A DNA stretch of 64,000 nucleotides from Chiloscyllium plagiosum (taxonomy: Eukaryota), in assembly GCF_004010195.1 (NCBI RefSeq), contig NC_057719.1, positions 73,692,969-73,756,968 on the forward strand, in the 5' to 3' direction. Of this stretch, positions 25,565 to 37,559 are shown piece after piece (positions within the stretch are counted from its first letter, which is position 1; every line of letters begins with the position of its first letter). The notes under the pieces were generated by a model, which made no database searches, had not been told where the DNA came from, and was given only the letters and a program-made list of their open reading frames with translations. Both the position numbers and the translations under genes were made by a program.

Positions 25565-28050
25565 GTGAGTCGCAATGCTGTGGTCATCTCAGACCACCAG
25601 AACCTTCATCAAAGCCGCGATACTAATTAGAAGCAGTTTTGAGGCAAAAAACACAAATGCAAAGTTGGGTTTATTTTCATTAATGTTGAAGTATGAGGGT
25701 TAAACGAGTTTACATTTGTTGACAGCAAAAGGCATAAAACCCACATGCAGTGCAGTCTCTGGTCAATGAGAAGACACAGTAACTCATTAAGGGTTCCAAA
25801 ATGCGGTAGAAATGAAAACATAAATACTTAAATTAGCAGAAAAGACTAATTCTGAGAAACGATTATCAGAATTTAAAGGAAGTCAGGCCTACTTGTTCCT
25901 GGTTTGTTGTTTTTCATTAGTACTTCCAGCAGTCTGGAGAACATAATGATGTTTAGGTACTAAACGGGCCAATCCCAGTAGGACCACTGGTTTAAACAGA
26001 CAAATCTAGGTAATCTTTGCCATTTGCCCAATGACCATCAGAAGGCAGTGGAGCCTACTTGGATATTTCAAGGTGCAAGTTTATGACTGATGTTATTACT
26101 CTTCTGGTATTTTTGCACTGAGCAAATTGTTAAATCCATCATTTGAGATTATAAGAGTTTATTTTGATTTCTGTAATGAGAATTTTACAGTAAATGTAAT
26201 CCTAGATGGCACCAAACAAATTGATGAGATAACACCATCTGAGTTTCATTGGTGAAAATATCCAATAAATACATAATATTATCTAATAAATCCAACTGAG
26301 AATTTAGGAAAATCTTTTGCCAAAGAGAGGTAAGAACATAGAGCGTGCTATCACAAAGAGTAATCGAGACACATAGCACTGATTCAAGAATTAATGAGCT
26401 AGATTTCTTGGAAATGGTGATAGGATATGAAGAAAATGGATGGAGCAAGAGTTGCATAGCACATAAACACTGGCAAAGACCAATGGACCCAAGTGCTTCA
26501 TTTCTATGCTGTAGACCCAATGGAACCCAGTAATGTCTTCACACATTGCATGAGAGATTGTGGAATATAATGACCTGTAGATTCAAAGCTGCAATGACAA
26601 GTGAGACCAATTCAATGGGGGATATAGATACTTGGAAATTATTAAAGTGTGGGACGATGAACAAACTTGAGTTTTCACGGTTACTAAAAATAGTGGGACT
26701 AGTTCAACATGCCAAATAGGTGACTCCTGTTCCTATGATTACATTATTGTCAACAGCCCTCTATGTGATGAATTTAGGTATTTCATGTATGCAATTAAAC
26801 ACAGTCCTACCAATTCCAAGGAGGAAAGTGTTGAAAAACAATCATAGTGAATCACTGCAAGTGCACTGCAGTTCCTAACTCAAGGTCAAAAAAGGTAATT
26901 GATGTTCATCTGATCAAATAGAACTTAGCAACTGCATGCTAAACAACAGGGCAGCAAGTAAGTAGGTTCAATTGAATACATTGTGTTATACCCTGGAACT
27001 TCAAATTTCAGTCTGTCAGAGTTCTCCAATTGAGTTAAACGTATTCTTACCAATGAAAGTGAAATGGTATTTAATAATTGGTTTTAGCTTTACTTTTCAG
27101 AATGTCTCCTTTATTGGAAATTCTCTATTTGTTGGTCTTTATCTAGCTTAATGATCAATGTATTAATTTCTTCTGCTTTTCTGCCAATCACTGTTTAGCA
27201 CTATCATAATGGGAAATAAAATAATTTTAAGTATTCCCAGATCCCAAGTATCATCTTGATAATTATCTCTAAATTTTCATAAAGTCACATGCTACATCTT
27301 GATAGCTAAGAATGTCCACAACAATCATAAGAAATGCTTTTAGATGAACTTACTCAAAATGAAAAGACAAGACCAACAAACAGAGGCCCTCAGTGAATAA
27401 TAAAGAATCAAAAACAATTGAGTAGCATTTCTAAAACCTGCCTAAATTTATATTTTAAAAATTCCAAAGCCTCTGTAAACTTTCTGATTTTATAAAGCTA
27501 ATATGATATTGCTCAGCATAACATTAATGTTTTTTACCATTGTCTACTGCCATGACCCAGTTTTTAATGATGTGTGGGAACTACTGAAGATCTCCATTAA
27601 TTTACAGCCTCATGCCAACCCTCCCCCTCCATGCGGTTTCCACTTTACATGACGTTCAAAATGTACTAATACTTAGACTGAATTTGCCATCATTCTGTCT
27701 ATCTCCTTAATTGATCCATGCTTTTTTTGTAATTTTCAGTTTTATTTTCAGAGTTCCTAAAGCCTTTTAATTAGGATGTACTTTGCCATTTTTAAAGTAA
27801 TGTCTCGCTAATCTTTCTCTAACACACAATCCAGAGAACAACACTTGCCCATTTCCATCTTATAAATTTGACCATATTTTCTATCTCCTACCTGTCCATA
27901 TCAGAAAGCTGCTTACAGCTCCAGATCCTCTGTTTTGAGGAAAATTTATCTTCTTACAGAACTGTAACTCAACTCTACCCTTCCACCCTATATAATTCAC
28001 TGAAGGGATCCAGTTGTTGGTCATGCCCATTCATTCTGAGCAAGTGTCTG

Positions 28051-28294
28051 CTCCCTGTGTCTGTATGGGTTTCCTCCAGGTTGCTCTGGTTTCCTCCCAC
28101 AATCCAAAGGTGTGCAGGTTAGGTGAATTGGCCACGCTAAATTGCCCATAGTGGTTAAGGATGTGTAAGGTTAGGTCCATTAGCCAGGGGTAAATGTAGA
28201 GTAATTGGGTAGGGTGGGGTACTTTTCGGAGGGTCAGTGTGGATTTGTTGAGCCAAATGGCTTGTTTCCACACAGTAAGGGTTCTATGATTCTA
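28051..28294 (+). mobile_element. 5'-truncated HE1-type SINE
   Basis: ctccctgtgtctgtatgggtttcctcc...gtttccacacagtaagggttctatgattcta. Confidence 0.85.
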
Positions 28295-28645
28295 AGTTCA
28301 TCTAAGACATTTCTTCCATTTGGGACAATTCTCAGCTTTCACAGGCATATATACAATGTGCTACAGACCTTGCAGGCACTGCCATTCTAATTAACCAGAA
28401 GTTGACAACTGATTCTTAAATGATTTGCTCTGTTGCATCTCCTTTTTAACTCTCACTCCCTATCCATTCTTTGCAAAAAAAAATCAAAGCTTTATTTGAC
28501 TCAACTGCATACTCATCAAACTTACTTCCCTTGTGACCCTCTGCCTGGGAAGCAGTGTATTTATATACCAAAGTGTTGCACTATTGGGTAGGCTTCAATC
28601 CACAAAATACTGTCGGAATTAACTGACAGCCTGATTGATTTACAG

Positions 28646-28850
28646 TGAGCAGATCATTAGGCGCCAGGGGCAAGTGGACAAGCTGTATGCAGGACTCAGA
28701 GATCTGGCAAATGAGCGGAAGAAAAAGTTGGAGGATATATGCCATCTTCTCCAATTGAACCGTGAGGTAATGGACCTGGAGCAGTGGATTGCAGAAAGGG
28801 ATGTCGCAGCATCTTCTCAGGAACTAGGGCAAGACTATGATCAAGTTACA
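28646..28850 (+). CDS. SPTB: Beta-spectrin coding exon (enters repeat 14, ankyrin-binding region)
   Basis: ttacag|T, ACA|gtgagt; [17 protein letters not shown]...[25 protein letters not shown]. Confidence 0.95.
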
Positions 28851-29772
28851 GTGAGTATTTATTGTTGGATCACACATAGGCATTATGTAAAAGTACAGCT
28901 GTAACAAAATCCTTCAGAAAATATCTTGCTTTTCAAACTTATGTGACTTTTTCCAGTGCAGTTCTCACGTGTTTAATTTCACGTTACTTTGTCTCTCATG
29001 AGTACACAGCTTGTGTGGATTTTACCAGTCAACTAATCTGGGGGAGTGCTGGAAAGCAGCAGCACCCACACAATACTAAAGAAAAATCGGATGGGGCGGG
29101 AGAGTGGTTGAATTGTCTGTGATGTTTTCCTTGTGATACCATTTTGCTGTCAGGGAAGAAAATGGAAGATGTCTGTCCTCTCCAGAGATTAACTGAGCCA
29201 TTAATGCACCCATTAAAGGTCTCTTCCCACTGCCACTGGCATTTTCCCAGTAGGACATGGGTCCACCATTGCCGAAGCCCCATACTAAACTGGTTGGATG
29301 GACACTGTTATATCATGGTGCTTGCTTCTTCTGCCTCCAGTCCTGATAGTGCCCACCACTCCCAGCAGGCAATGCTGACTTTCCAGTTGATTCTAGCAAT
29401 CACCCATGCAGGCAGCTATCCTTTACAGACAACATGAATGAGAAAAGTGGCAAGGGTGTTAGGAAAAAAGTGCAGAAATTGTACAGCAAATTATTTGCAA
29501 TACAATTGTAGAAAACTAAATTTGGTAAAATTCTTTGCATAAATGTCAATTGAGTAACCTTTGAAATACAATATTGTTGGTGTCATTCTCCAAACACATT
29601 GTGCTATCACTATCATATTACACATCTTATACTACTGGAAGATCTAATTTTAAACTCAGCGCTCTATTTTCACAACATCTACAGAATATAGGCTTTCAGA
29701 TCAGTTAGGTTGAGGAGAATTATGTTTTATTTAATAACTAATAATTCACTACAATTTGCTTTTCCCTTGCAG

Positions 29773-30147
29773 TTACTGAGAGAGAAATTCCGTGAGTTTG
29801 CCCGGGAGACAGGAACAATTGGTCAGGAAAGAGTGGACAGTGTGAATTTGCTGATAGACGACCTAATTGATTCAGGTCATTCGGAAGCAGCTGACATTGC
29901 AGAATGGAAGGACAGCTTGAACGAGGCCTGGGCTGACCTCCTGGAACTAATAGATACTCGCACACAGCTCCTGACTGCCTCCTTCGAGCTCCACAAGTAC
30001 TTCTACGATGGCAAAGAGCTCCTGAGCCTGATTCAGGAAAAGCATGAGGAATTGCCAGAGGACCTGGGCCGTGATGCAAACACTGCAGAGTCTTTCCACA
30101 GAATGCACAGTGCATTTGAACGCGATATTCATTCCCTTGGAATACAG
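29773..30147 (+). CDS. SPTB: Beta-spectrin coding exon (repeats 14-15, ankyrin binding)
   Basis: ttgcag|TTA, CAG|gtattg; [22 protein letters not shown]...[21 protein letters not shown]...[21 protein letters not shown]. Confidence 0.96.
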
Positions 30148-30957
30148 GTATTGTGCAAAGTCACTTAATGTGTGGTGGAAACTGAGACTTGACATTAGGC
30201 AAATAATAACATAACTGCAACAGGTGCAATTCCATTAGTTGCTGCACGATGCAGGGCATGTTTAATTGAGACATTTATAAATTGAGACATTTGATGTATA
30301 TTAGCTGTAGCATGATTAGAAGAACCCAAGTCACTTCGGACCTATGGTTCCCAAAGGCGTGATTTGTCAGTAGCTTCATTATTGATTACTCCTGTAATTA
30401 CCAGGAAGCCGAACATGATAGAATTTAGGAAGTGCTAAAATGAGAAAAGGCTATGTTACGAAGCATCGAATTAAAGCCTTGTATAGCAGGTAATGGAAAA
30501 AGACATGGAAATAGCAGTGAGCCTTCCATCATAAACTGTTGCTTTAATACTTTTCAGTTGAAGTTATTTGTTTTGTTGCGACTATTTATATGGTAGAATA
30601 TTATGCTTTGCTGGTAACCTCTAAAACATTTAGTTTTTCTTGTAATTCATCCTTAGGCTTCATTAATTTGTAATTTGTAAACTGATTGAAGATCTGCAAA
30701 ATAAGCAGTGTTCCCTTGTGATTCGTGTAGCACCTCACTAACACTTCAAATTCTTCACTCAGTGACCTTTCAATTACATACAGCGGTCATTAGTATTGTT
30801 TAAAGTGAGAGGAAACCAACAGCATTTGTCCAGAATTTTGCCATTTACAATGGGACACTTAATTACAGATAGAAGGTGTAGGGTGCACCATGTGTAAAGT
30901 CACACCACGTCCTTGTTTGTCCTTCATGGATAAGGAAATGGATCTCCTCATTAACAG

Positions 30958-31202
30958 GTTCAGCAGTTTCAGGATGATGCAGGCCATTTGCAGACAGCGT
31001 ATGCAGGAGATAAAGCTGCTGCCATCCAGAAACAGGAGCAAGAGGTGGTGGAGGCCTGGAAGGCACTTCTGGATGCCTGTGATGGCCGGCGTACCCAGTT
31101 GGTTGACACTGCTGAGAAATTCCGCTTCTTCAGTATGGTCCGAGATTTGATGTCCTGGATGGAGAGCATCATTAGGCAGGTGGAAACAGAAGAGAAGCCA
31201 CG
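30958..31202 (+). CDS. SPTB: Beta-spectrin coding exon
   Basis: taacag|GTT, CG|gtaatg; [20 protein letters not shown]...[53 protein letters not shown] are SPTB-type. Confidence 0.96.
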
Positions 31203-31540
31203 GTAATGTACAATTTGTTTTTCATTCTGTTGAGAGATATGACTGTCCTGAGCAAAGTCAAGTGACCATCTAACCATGTTGTGCTTGCATCCTCGTGACA
31301 AGCCTTCATCTTGAGCTTTAGCCATCCCTGTGCTGTTAGCGCTCCCATAGTGCTGTTAAGCAGAGAATTCCACTGTGATACAGTGACTGGGCATGCTGTG
31401 TGTATTCAAGGGCAACTTGGAGGTAGTGGTATCCCCATGCACCAACTGCCTTGTCCTTGAAGGAGATGGAGATTGTGACCTTGTTTTTTCACAGTTGAAA
31501 GTGATGTTGTTTGTTTTTCCAGAAAGTATGACATAAGTAT

Positions 31541-31840
31541 GGGTGGCACGGTGGCACAGTGGTTAGCACAGCGCCCGGGTTCAATTCCCACCTCAGGCGA
31601 CTGACTGTGTGGAGTTTGCACGTTCTCCCCGTGTCTGTGTGGGTTTCCTCCGGGTGCTCCGGTTTCCTCCCCCAGTCCAAAAAATGTGCAGGTTAGGTGA
31701 ATTGGCCATGCTAAATTGTCCGTAGTGTTAGGTGAAGGGGTAAATGCAGGGGAATGGGTCTGGGTGGGTTGTGCTTCAGCAGGTCGGTGTGGACTTGTTG
31801 GGCCAAAGGGCCTGTTTCCACTCTACAGTAATCTAATCTA
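31541..31840 (+). mobile_element. HE1-type V-SINE
   Basis: gggtggcacggtggcacagtggttagcac, B box gggttcaattccc, atctaatcta tail. Confidence 0.92.
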
Positions 31841-32329
31841 GTATAACTGAAAAACACAAAGCCATTGTCACAATTTGTAGCACTGACTTTTCTGCCAACT
31901 GTAGCTCCTTGAGTCTGTGTAAAATTTTGTCCCAGGTTTAATGTAAGTCATGTCCAGCACATTCATAGGGAAGAGAGATTTTCACCTTCCTTTTAATTCT
32001 CTTAAATTGACAAGCACATTATTTGCTGGACTGTATTTCTTTACCTCCAAGATGTCTGTTGTCGTGAGTACATAATCTTAAGGCTGGTTCCTGATTCAAA
32101 CTATCTGAGAACTCTTTTTGCAACGTAAAGCAGTTTTTGACCTGATCCAAAATCCACCCTAGACTAAGATGTGTATCTCTTCGAAGGCACAGAGAAAACT
32201 TTAGGCAGTGAGTAACTTTGCACGGCCTTCATTGTTTCATGTACTGGTGGCAAGACGCATCCTGGAGGGAAGGAAGTGCAGTCCAGCATGCAATTACTTC
32301 AACACACTTGTCGATTTAACAGAATTGAA

Positions 32330-33830
32330 GGAAGATGACAAATCTTTATTCCTTATGACCAAGGCTTTTGACTCAGTCAGTGAGGAAGTGCAGTGGAAGG
32401 CCCTGTCAAAGGCCAGCTGTCCAGAGACATTTATCAGCCTCTTCCATCTCCTCCATGACAACATGTCAGTGACGGTCCTCGCCGATGTTAATATAACAGA
32501 ATCCTTTGAGGTCATGGCAGGGTGTGACATTACCCCCAACCTCTTTTGCACCTTCATCACCACCATCCTTCATTGTGTCAAACCCAAGCTTCCCAGTGGT
32601 GTGGGCATTGTTCACAGGATGGACAGAAAATGTTGGTTCTAAGGAACATCCGCATCATCCAGTTCTTCGTTGACAATAAGGGAAAAGCTCTCCACACCTG
32701 GAAAAGACAACGCCACTCGCAAAGCAGAGAGGAGAACTCATCAGACAGCGACAATGGAGTTACTGAGAACTACTCTGGAAACCAAGATTCAATGGTGTAT
32801 TGAGAAAGCTAAGGAGCTGCAACTCCTTATGGACAAGGAGTGGGGCTCCTTCAGTGTCACCATCGCAAAGTACAGACCTAACACCTTGGCCTCAAATTGG
32901 AGCAGGATAAGGACGGAACCTTCTGAGAGACAGAAAAATTGTCAGCCACCAATGGAGTGAATACTCCAAGGAACTCCTAAACTGCAATGCAATTGTAGAT
33001 AAGAATGTCTATGAATAAATTCCCCAGCTCTCCATCAAAGATGATCTTGGACTCATGGTGAGCCACCCCTCACCTGAGATCGAGGCACAGAGCTATCACA
33101 CCATCCAATCCATGAACCCCACCTTTGGATGGCAAAGGATGCACATTTTCAACAACTACAACACCTCTGCTGATCCTGAGGTTGTCGTGTATAAGCAGTC
33201 ATCCCTCTAGCTCTTCTGTATCGGTCAGAAACTTGGGACTACATATGGTCACCACTTCAAGGCCTTTGCAGAAATGCCATCAGTGCTCTATGAGATGGTT
33301 TCTGTGCACCAGCTGGGAAGGCCGGTGTACTGACATCAGCATCCCTGAAGGATAACACCAACATTGAGGTTATGATTGTCCGAAACCACCTCCACTTGAC
33401 CAACCACATACTTAGGAAGCCTGGGTTCCGACTGCCAAAGCAAATCTTCTTTGCCCAGCTCAAGGAAGGCACTTGAATGTGAAGAGGACAAAGACAAACA
33501 CTTCAAAGACTCCCTGAAGATTCCCTCAACAAATACAGGAAATGTTAATGCCTGGGAGACCCTCACTCAGAAGAAACTGGCTAGGCGGAATATGTTACCT
33601 GAAGGGACACAATTGTTTGAAAACAGCGACTAGTAGGAGGAGATACCTAAAAGGAACCAGAAAAGCAATGCCAGCAATCTCGAGATCAGGGAGCATTTCC
33701 ATCTCCCGATTAGAAACATCTGGCAAATGTAAGGTCAGAAATGTGGCTCTAGGATTCGGCTCATCAGCCGCACAAGGACCCGCAGAAACGCACAAACTCT
33801 GACACGGAAGCTTGTTGATAGACAATCATG
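32330..33830 (+). mobile_element. Decayed RTE (BovB-like) LINE
   Basis: TKAFDSVS...WKALSK..CP..FI....LLHDNM; EKAKELQLL; RLPKQIFFAQLKEG; HFKDSLK; terminal RI.LIS.TRT zinc-finger remnant. Confidence 0.85.
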
Positions 33831-34284
33831 GTTGTTTGCGAGTGATTGCCAATGAATAAGCTGGAGGTAGGTATTCCCCCACCTCAGGTACAGGATGCCC
33901 TGCTTCACAGCACCACTGGTCATTTGGATAGCTGGCAGCACTGTGCTTGCAGCGATGCCAGGTAGAAGTAGCAGGGGTAAAGGGGCACATTGGCCATTCC
34001 CAATAGGCATCTTTGCTGGAGCTGGGCACCAAGGTAAAAGGTGGGAGTCGGAATGGGATAGAATATAGCCCAGGTTAGGTTGGTAAAACCTAACAGGGGA
34101 GGTTGAATGGATAGTTTTGAAGTATCCCTGGGGAGGGAAAATGGGGAACTGTTGAGGTGATGGTGATGGTGAAAAATATTATTGAATGACCATAGTAGAC
34201 CTGGAATGAAGTTCCCATGCCTGACACCAACCCTGAAGGTATTGGGCTCTTTTAACATGGCATACACCTCCCCCATTGCAGGGA

Positions 34285-34740
34285 AACTAGATTAGATTAG
34301 ATTCCCTACAGTGTGGAAACAGGCTCTTCGGCCCAACCAGTGCACACTGACCCTCCAAAGAGTAACCCACCCAGACTCATTTCCCTCTGACTAATGCACC
34401 TAACACTATGGGTAATTTAGCATGGCTAATCCAACTAGATTAGATTAGATTCCCTACAGTGTGGAAACAGGCCCTTCGGTCCAACCAGTGCACACTGACC
34501 CTCCAAAGAGTAACCCACCCAGACTCATTTCCCTCTGACTAATGGGTAATTTAGCATGGCTAATCCACCTGACCTGAGCATCTTTAGACTGTGGGAGGAA
34601 GCCAGAGCACCCAGAGGAAACCTACGCAGATGTGGGGAGTACGTGCAAACTCACACAGATAATCACCTGAGGCTGGAAGTGAACCTGGGACCCTGGTGCT
34701 GTGAGGCAGCAGTGCTAACCACTGAGCCACCGTGCTGCCC
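34285..34740 (-). mobile_element. HE1-type V-SINE with tandemly duplicated 3' half
   Basis: aactagattagattagattccctacagtgtggaaacaggc at 34285 and again at 34433. Confidence 0.92.
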
Positions 34741-35074
34741 CTGATTAGTGGTAAGTGTGGCTCATGAAGTGATCACTTTATGCCCTCAGTAGATCCAGAC
34801 ATGGATGACCTGCTTGATTCCCTCACCACCCTCGCAACGTTTCATATTTGCCTCAGACAGACAGAAAGTAGCTATTGGAAAGTCACTTTTTAATTATTAT
34901 GTCCTGCCCCTGAAAGAAACCTCCTAACTCTCCAGCCCGGGGTTGGAAGGATGTGGTTTTAATTCAGCCCAGGGAGAACATAGCATGCATAAGAAGGTTC
35001 AATAGGCATTAACAATTAGGACAAAACTTATTTGATCCTTGAGATAGGACACCAGGCAGAAACGGATATCCTGG

Positions 35075-35595
35075 AGACAGTAAGAACCGCAGATGCTGGA
35101 AGTTAGAGTCAATAGATATGAGGCTGGAAAAGCACAGCAGGTCAGTTAGCATCTGGGAGCAGGAAAGGCAATGTTTTGGGCCAAAACCCTCCTTCAGGAC
35201 CGTGGAGGGAAAAGGAGCCCAGAGGGGCATGGGGCTAGGGGAAGGGTAGGTGGGATGGTGATAGGTGGATGCAGGTCGGGGATTATTGTGATTGGTCAGT
35301 GGGAAGGGTGGAGTGGAAAGGTGGGAGGGAAGGTGAACAGGTTAGGAGAGGTCGAGGAGAGGAGGGGTAGGGGGAAGGGTGGGGCTGCATACACGATAAG
35401 GCTTGGGGAGAAGGGACTTTGTAGCTGGTGAAGTCAATATTGAATCCATTGGGCTGTAAGCTTCTCAAAAGAAATATCAGGTGTTGTTCCTCCAGTTTCA
35501 GTTTGGTCTCACTCTGACAGTAGAGGCAGCCAAGGATGGACATGTCGCTGGGAGAATGGGAGTGAGAATTAAAATGGATGGCAACCGGAAGGTCG
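35075..35595 (-). mobile_element. Penelope-like element 3' fragment (GIY-YIG C-terminus plus pLTR), family A
   Basis: ORF 35283-35543 SILG...KLEEQHLIFLLRSLQPNGFNIDF followed by the same arm sequence as the fold-back elements. Confidence 0.88.
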
Positions 35596-35917
35596 GGTTG
35601 CTTGATGCGTGCTGTTAGCTCATGTGATATATGCTATTGGTACGATAGAGATGCCTTTGAAACTATCCAGGTAGCATTCCTGTGGTTTACTCGAGTAAGA
35701 TGGATTAACAATGGAGAATCACTTCACATTTTTTGGCCTAATTCTAAGCAAATAATAGTCGATTATGAACGTAATATTTCATTTGCTTTTCAAAGAAAAA
35801 GTTTTGCTTGAGTTATTGCGAAACCCGTGATTATGCAGCTAAGTCAGATGTATATATCAAATATCACCTCCCTTCCTGTGAAATCAAACATCGTTCAATT
35901 GTTATATATTTTGACAG

Positions 35918-36056
35918 AGATGTCTCCTCTGTGGAGCTACTGATGAAATACCACCAGGGAATCAGAGCAGAGATTGATGCCAGGAACAGAAATTTCACTT
36001 CCTGCATTGACTTGGGCAAAACCATGTTAGCCCGCAATCATCATGCTTCTGAAGAG
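35918..36056 (+). CDS. SPTB: Beta-spectrin coding exon
   Basis: tgacag|A, GAG|gtgaga; DVSSVELLMKYHQGIRAEIDARNRNF...HASEE; LLMKYHQG is SPTB-type (SPTBN1 has LLMNNHQG, from memory). Confidence 0.95.
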
Positions 36057-36577
36057 GTGAGACCATCATTTGTAGATATTATTGCTGCACAGTGTTTCAG
36101 CTTCTCGCATGGAGCTTATGAAGCTGAATGAAATAGTTTCCATGTAGCTTTTACATTGTGTAACTCAGTTGGTATTCTCAACCTTAATATTTACTTAAAT
36201 TGTCCCGTGAAGAATTATTGCTCAAATGGATATTGTTGCAGCCAAATAGAAAAATAAATTGCAAGTAGGATGGGTTACATGGCTTGTTTGAAGTTAACAC
36301 TTTGGAATGAATTTTCCTAATCTGCTTCTCATCCATCTTCCCAGTGTATCAAAAAATCAAGGAGAAACATTCCTGGGAAGCCTATGATTTAGTGATGTGC
36401 ACTGTTAGTTACACACCTGTAGCACACTGAGGAAACTGAAATGGTAGTCTGCTACATTACATAGCATAGCTACAGGAAGACATAGAGTGGGACTTGAGTA
36501 TTGAAGGGAACATGATATTTAGGAATTACAGGAAGCTGGGAAAACTGGAGAGGTGGTTTTGATAATTAATGAGCCAA

Positions 36578-37510
36578 AGAGTCATAGAGATGTACAGCAT
36601 GGAAATTAACCCTTCGGTCCAACTCGTCCATGCCAACCAGATCTCCCAAACCAATCCAGTCTCGCCTGCCAGCACCCAGCCCTTCCTATTCATATACCCA
36701 TCCAGATGCCTTTTAAATGTTACAGTTGTACCAGCCTCCACCACTTCCTCTGGCAGCTCATTCCAAACACGCACCATCCTCTGCATGAAAAGACCTCCCC
36801 TTAGGTCTCTTTTATATCTTTCCCTTCTCACCCTAGACCTATGCCCTCTAATTCTGGTGACCAAGTACAACTAAACANNNNNNNNNNNNNNNNNNNNNNN
36901 NNNNNNNNNNNNNNNNNNNNNNNNNNNNNNNNNNNNNNNNNNNNNNNNNNNNNNNNNNNNNNNNNNNNNNNNNNNNNNNNNNNNNNNNNNNNNNNNNNNN
37001 NNNNNNNNNNNNNNNNNNNNNNNNNNNNNNNNNNNNNNNNNNNNNNNNNNNNNNNNNNNNNNNNNNNNNNNNNNNNNNNNNNNNNNNNNNNNNNNNNNNN
37101 NNNNNNNNNNNNNNNNNNNNNNNNNNNNNNNNNNNNNNNNNNNNNNNNNNNNNNNNNNNNNNNNNNNNNNNNNNNNNNNNNATCTAAATTAAACTCCATC
37201 TGCCATATCTCAGCCCATTGGCCCATATGATCAAGATCCCGTTGTAATCTGAGGTAACCTTCTTCAGTGTCGACTACACCTCCAATTTTGGTGTCATCTG
37301 CAAACTTACTAACTGTACCTCTTACACTTACATCCAAATCATTTTTATAAATGACGGAAAGTAGTGGATCCAGCACCGATCCTTGTGGCACTCCACTGGT
37401 CACAGGCCTCCAGTCTGAAAAACAACCCTCCACCACCATCCTCTGTCTTCTACCTTTGAGCCAATTCTGTATCCCAATGGCTAGTTCTACCTGTATTCCA
37501 TGAGATCTAA
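36578..37510 (-). mobile_element. CR1/HER1 LINE spanning an assembly gap
   Basis: VTSGVPQGSVLDPLL...SKFADDTKIGG...WQMEFN; 3' end WNELPEEVVEAG. Confidence 0.93.
36878..37181. other. Assembly gap (304 N)
   Basis: Run of N. Confidence 0.99.
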
Positions 37511-37559
37511 CATATCAGTACAATAGAGAGAGAGAGAGAGATGACTTACATTCAGGAAA

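Noticed and set aside
29738..30195. Antisense ORFs overlapping spectrin exons (also 7512-7835, 30969-31325)
   Set aside because: Expected shadows of coding exons.
36828..37439. 203-aa and 129-aa ORFs
   Set aside because: Length inflated by the N gap; the real part is a CR1 RT fragment.
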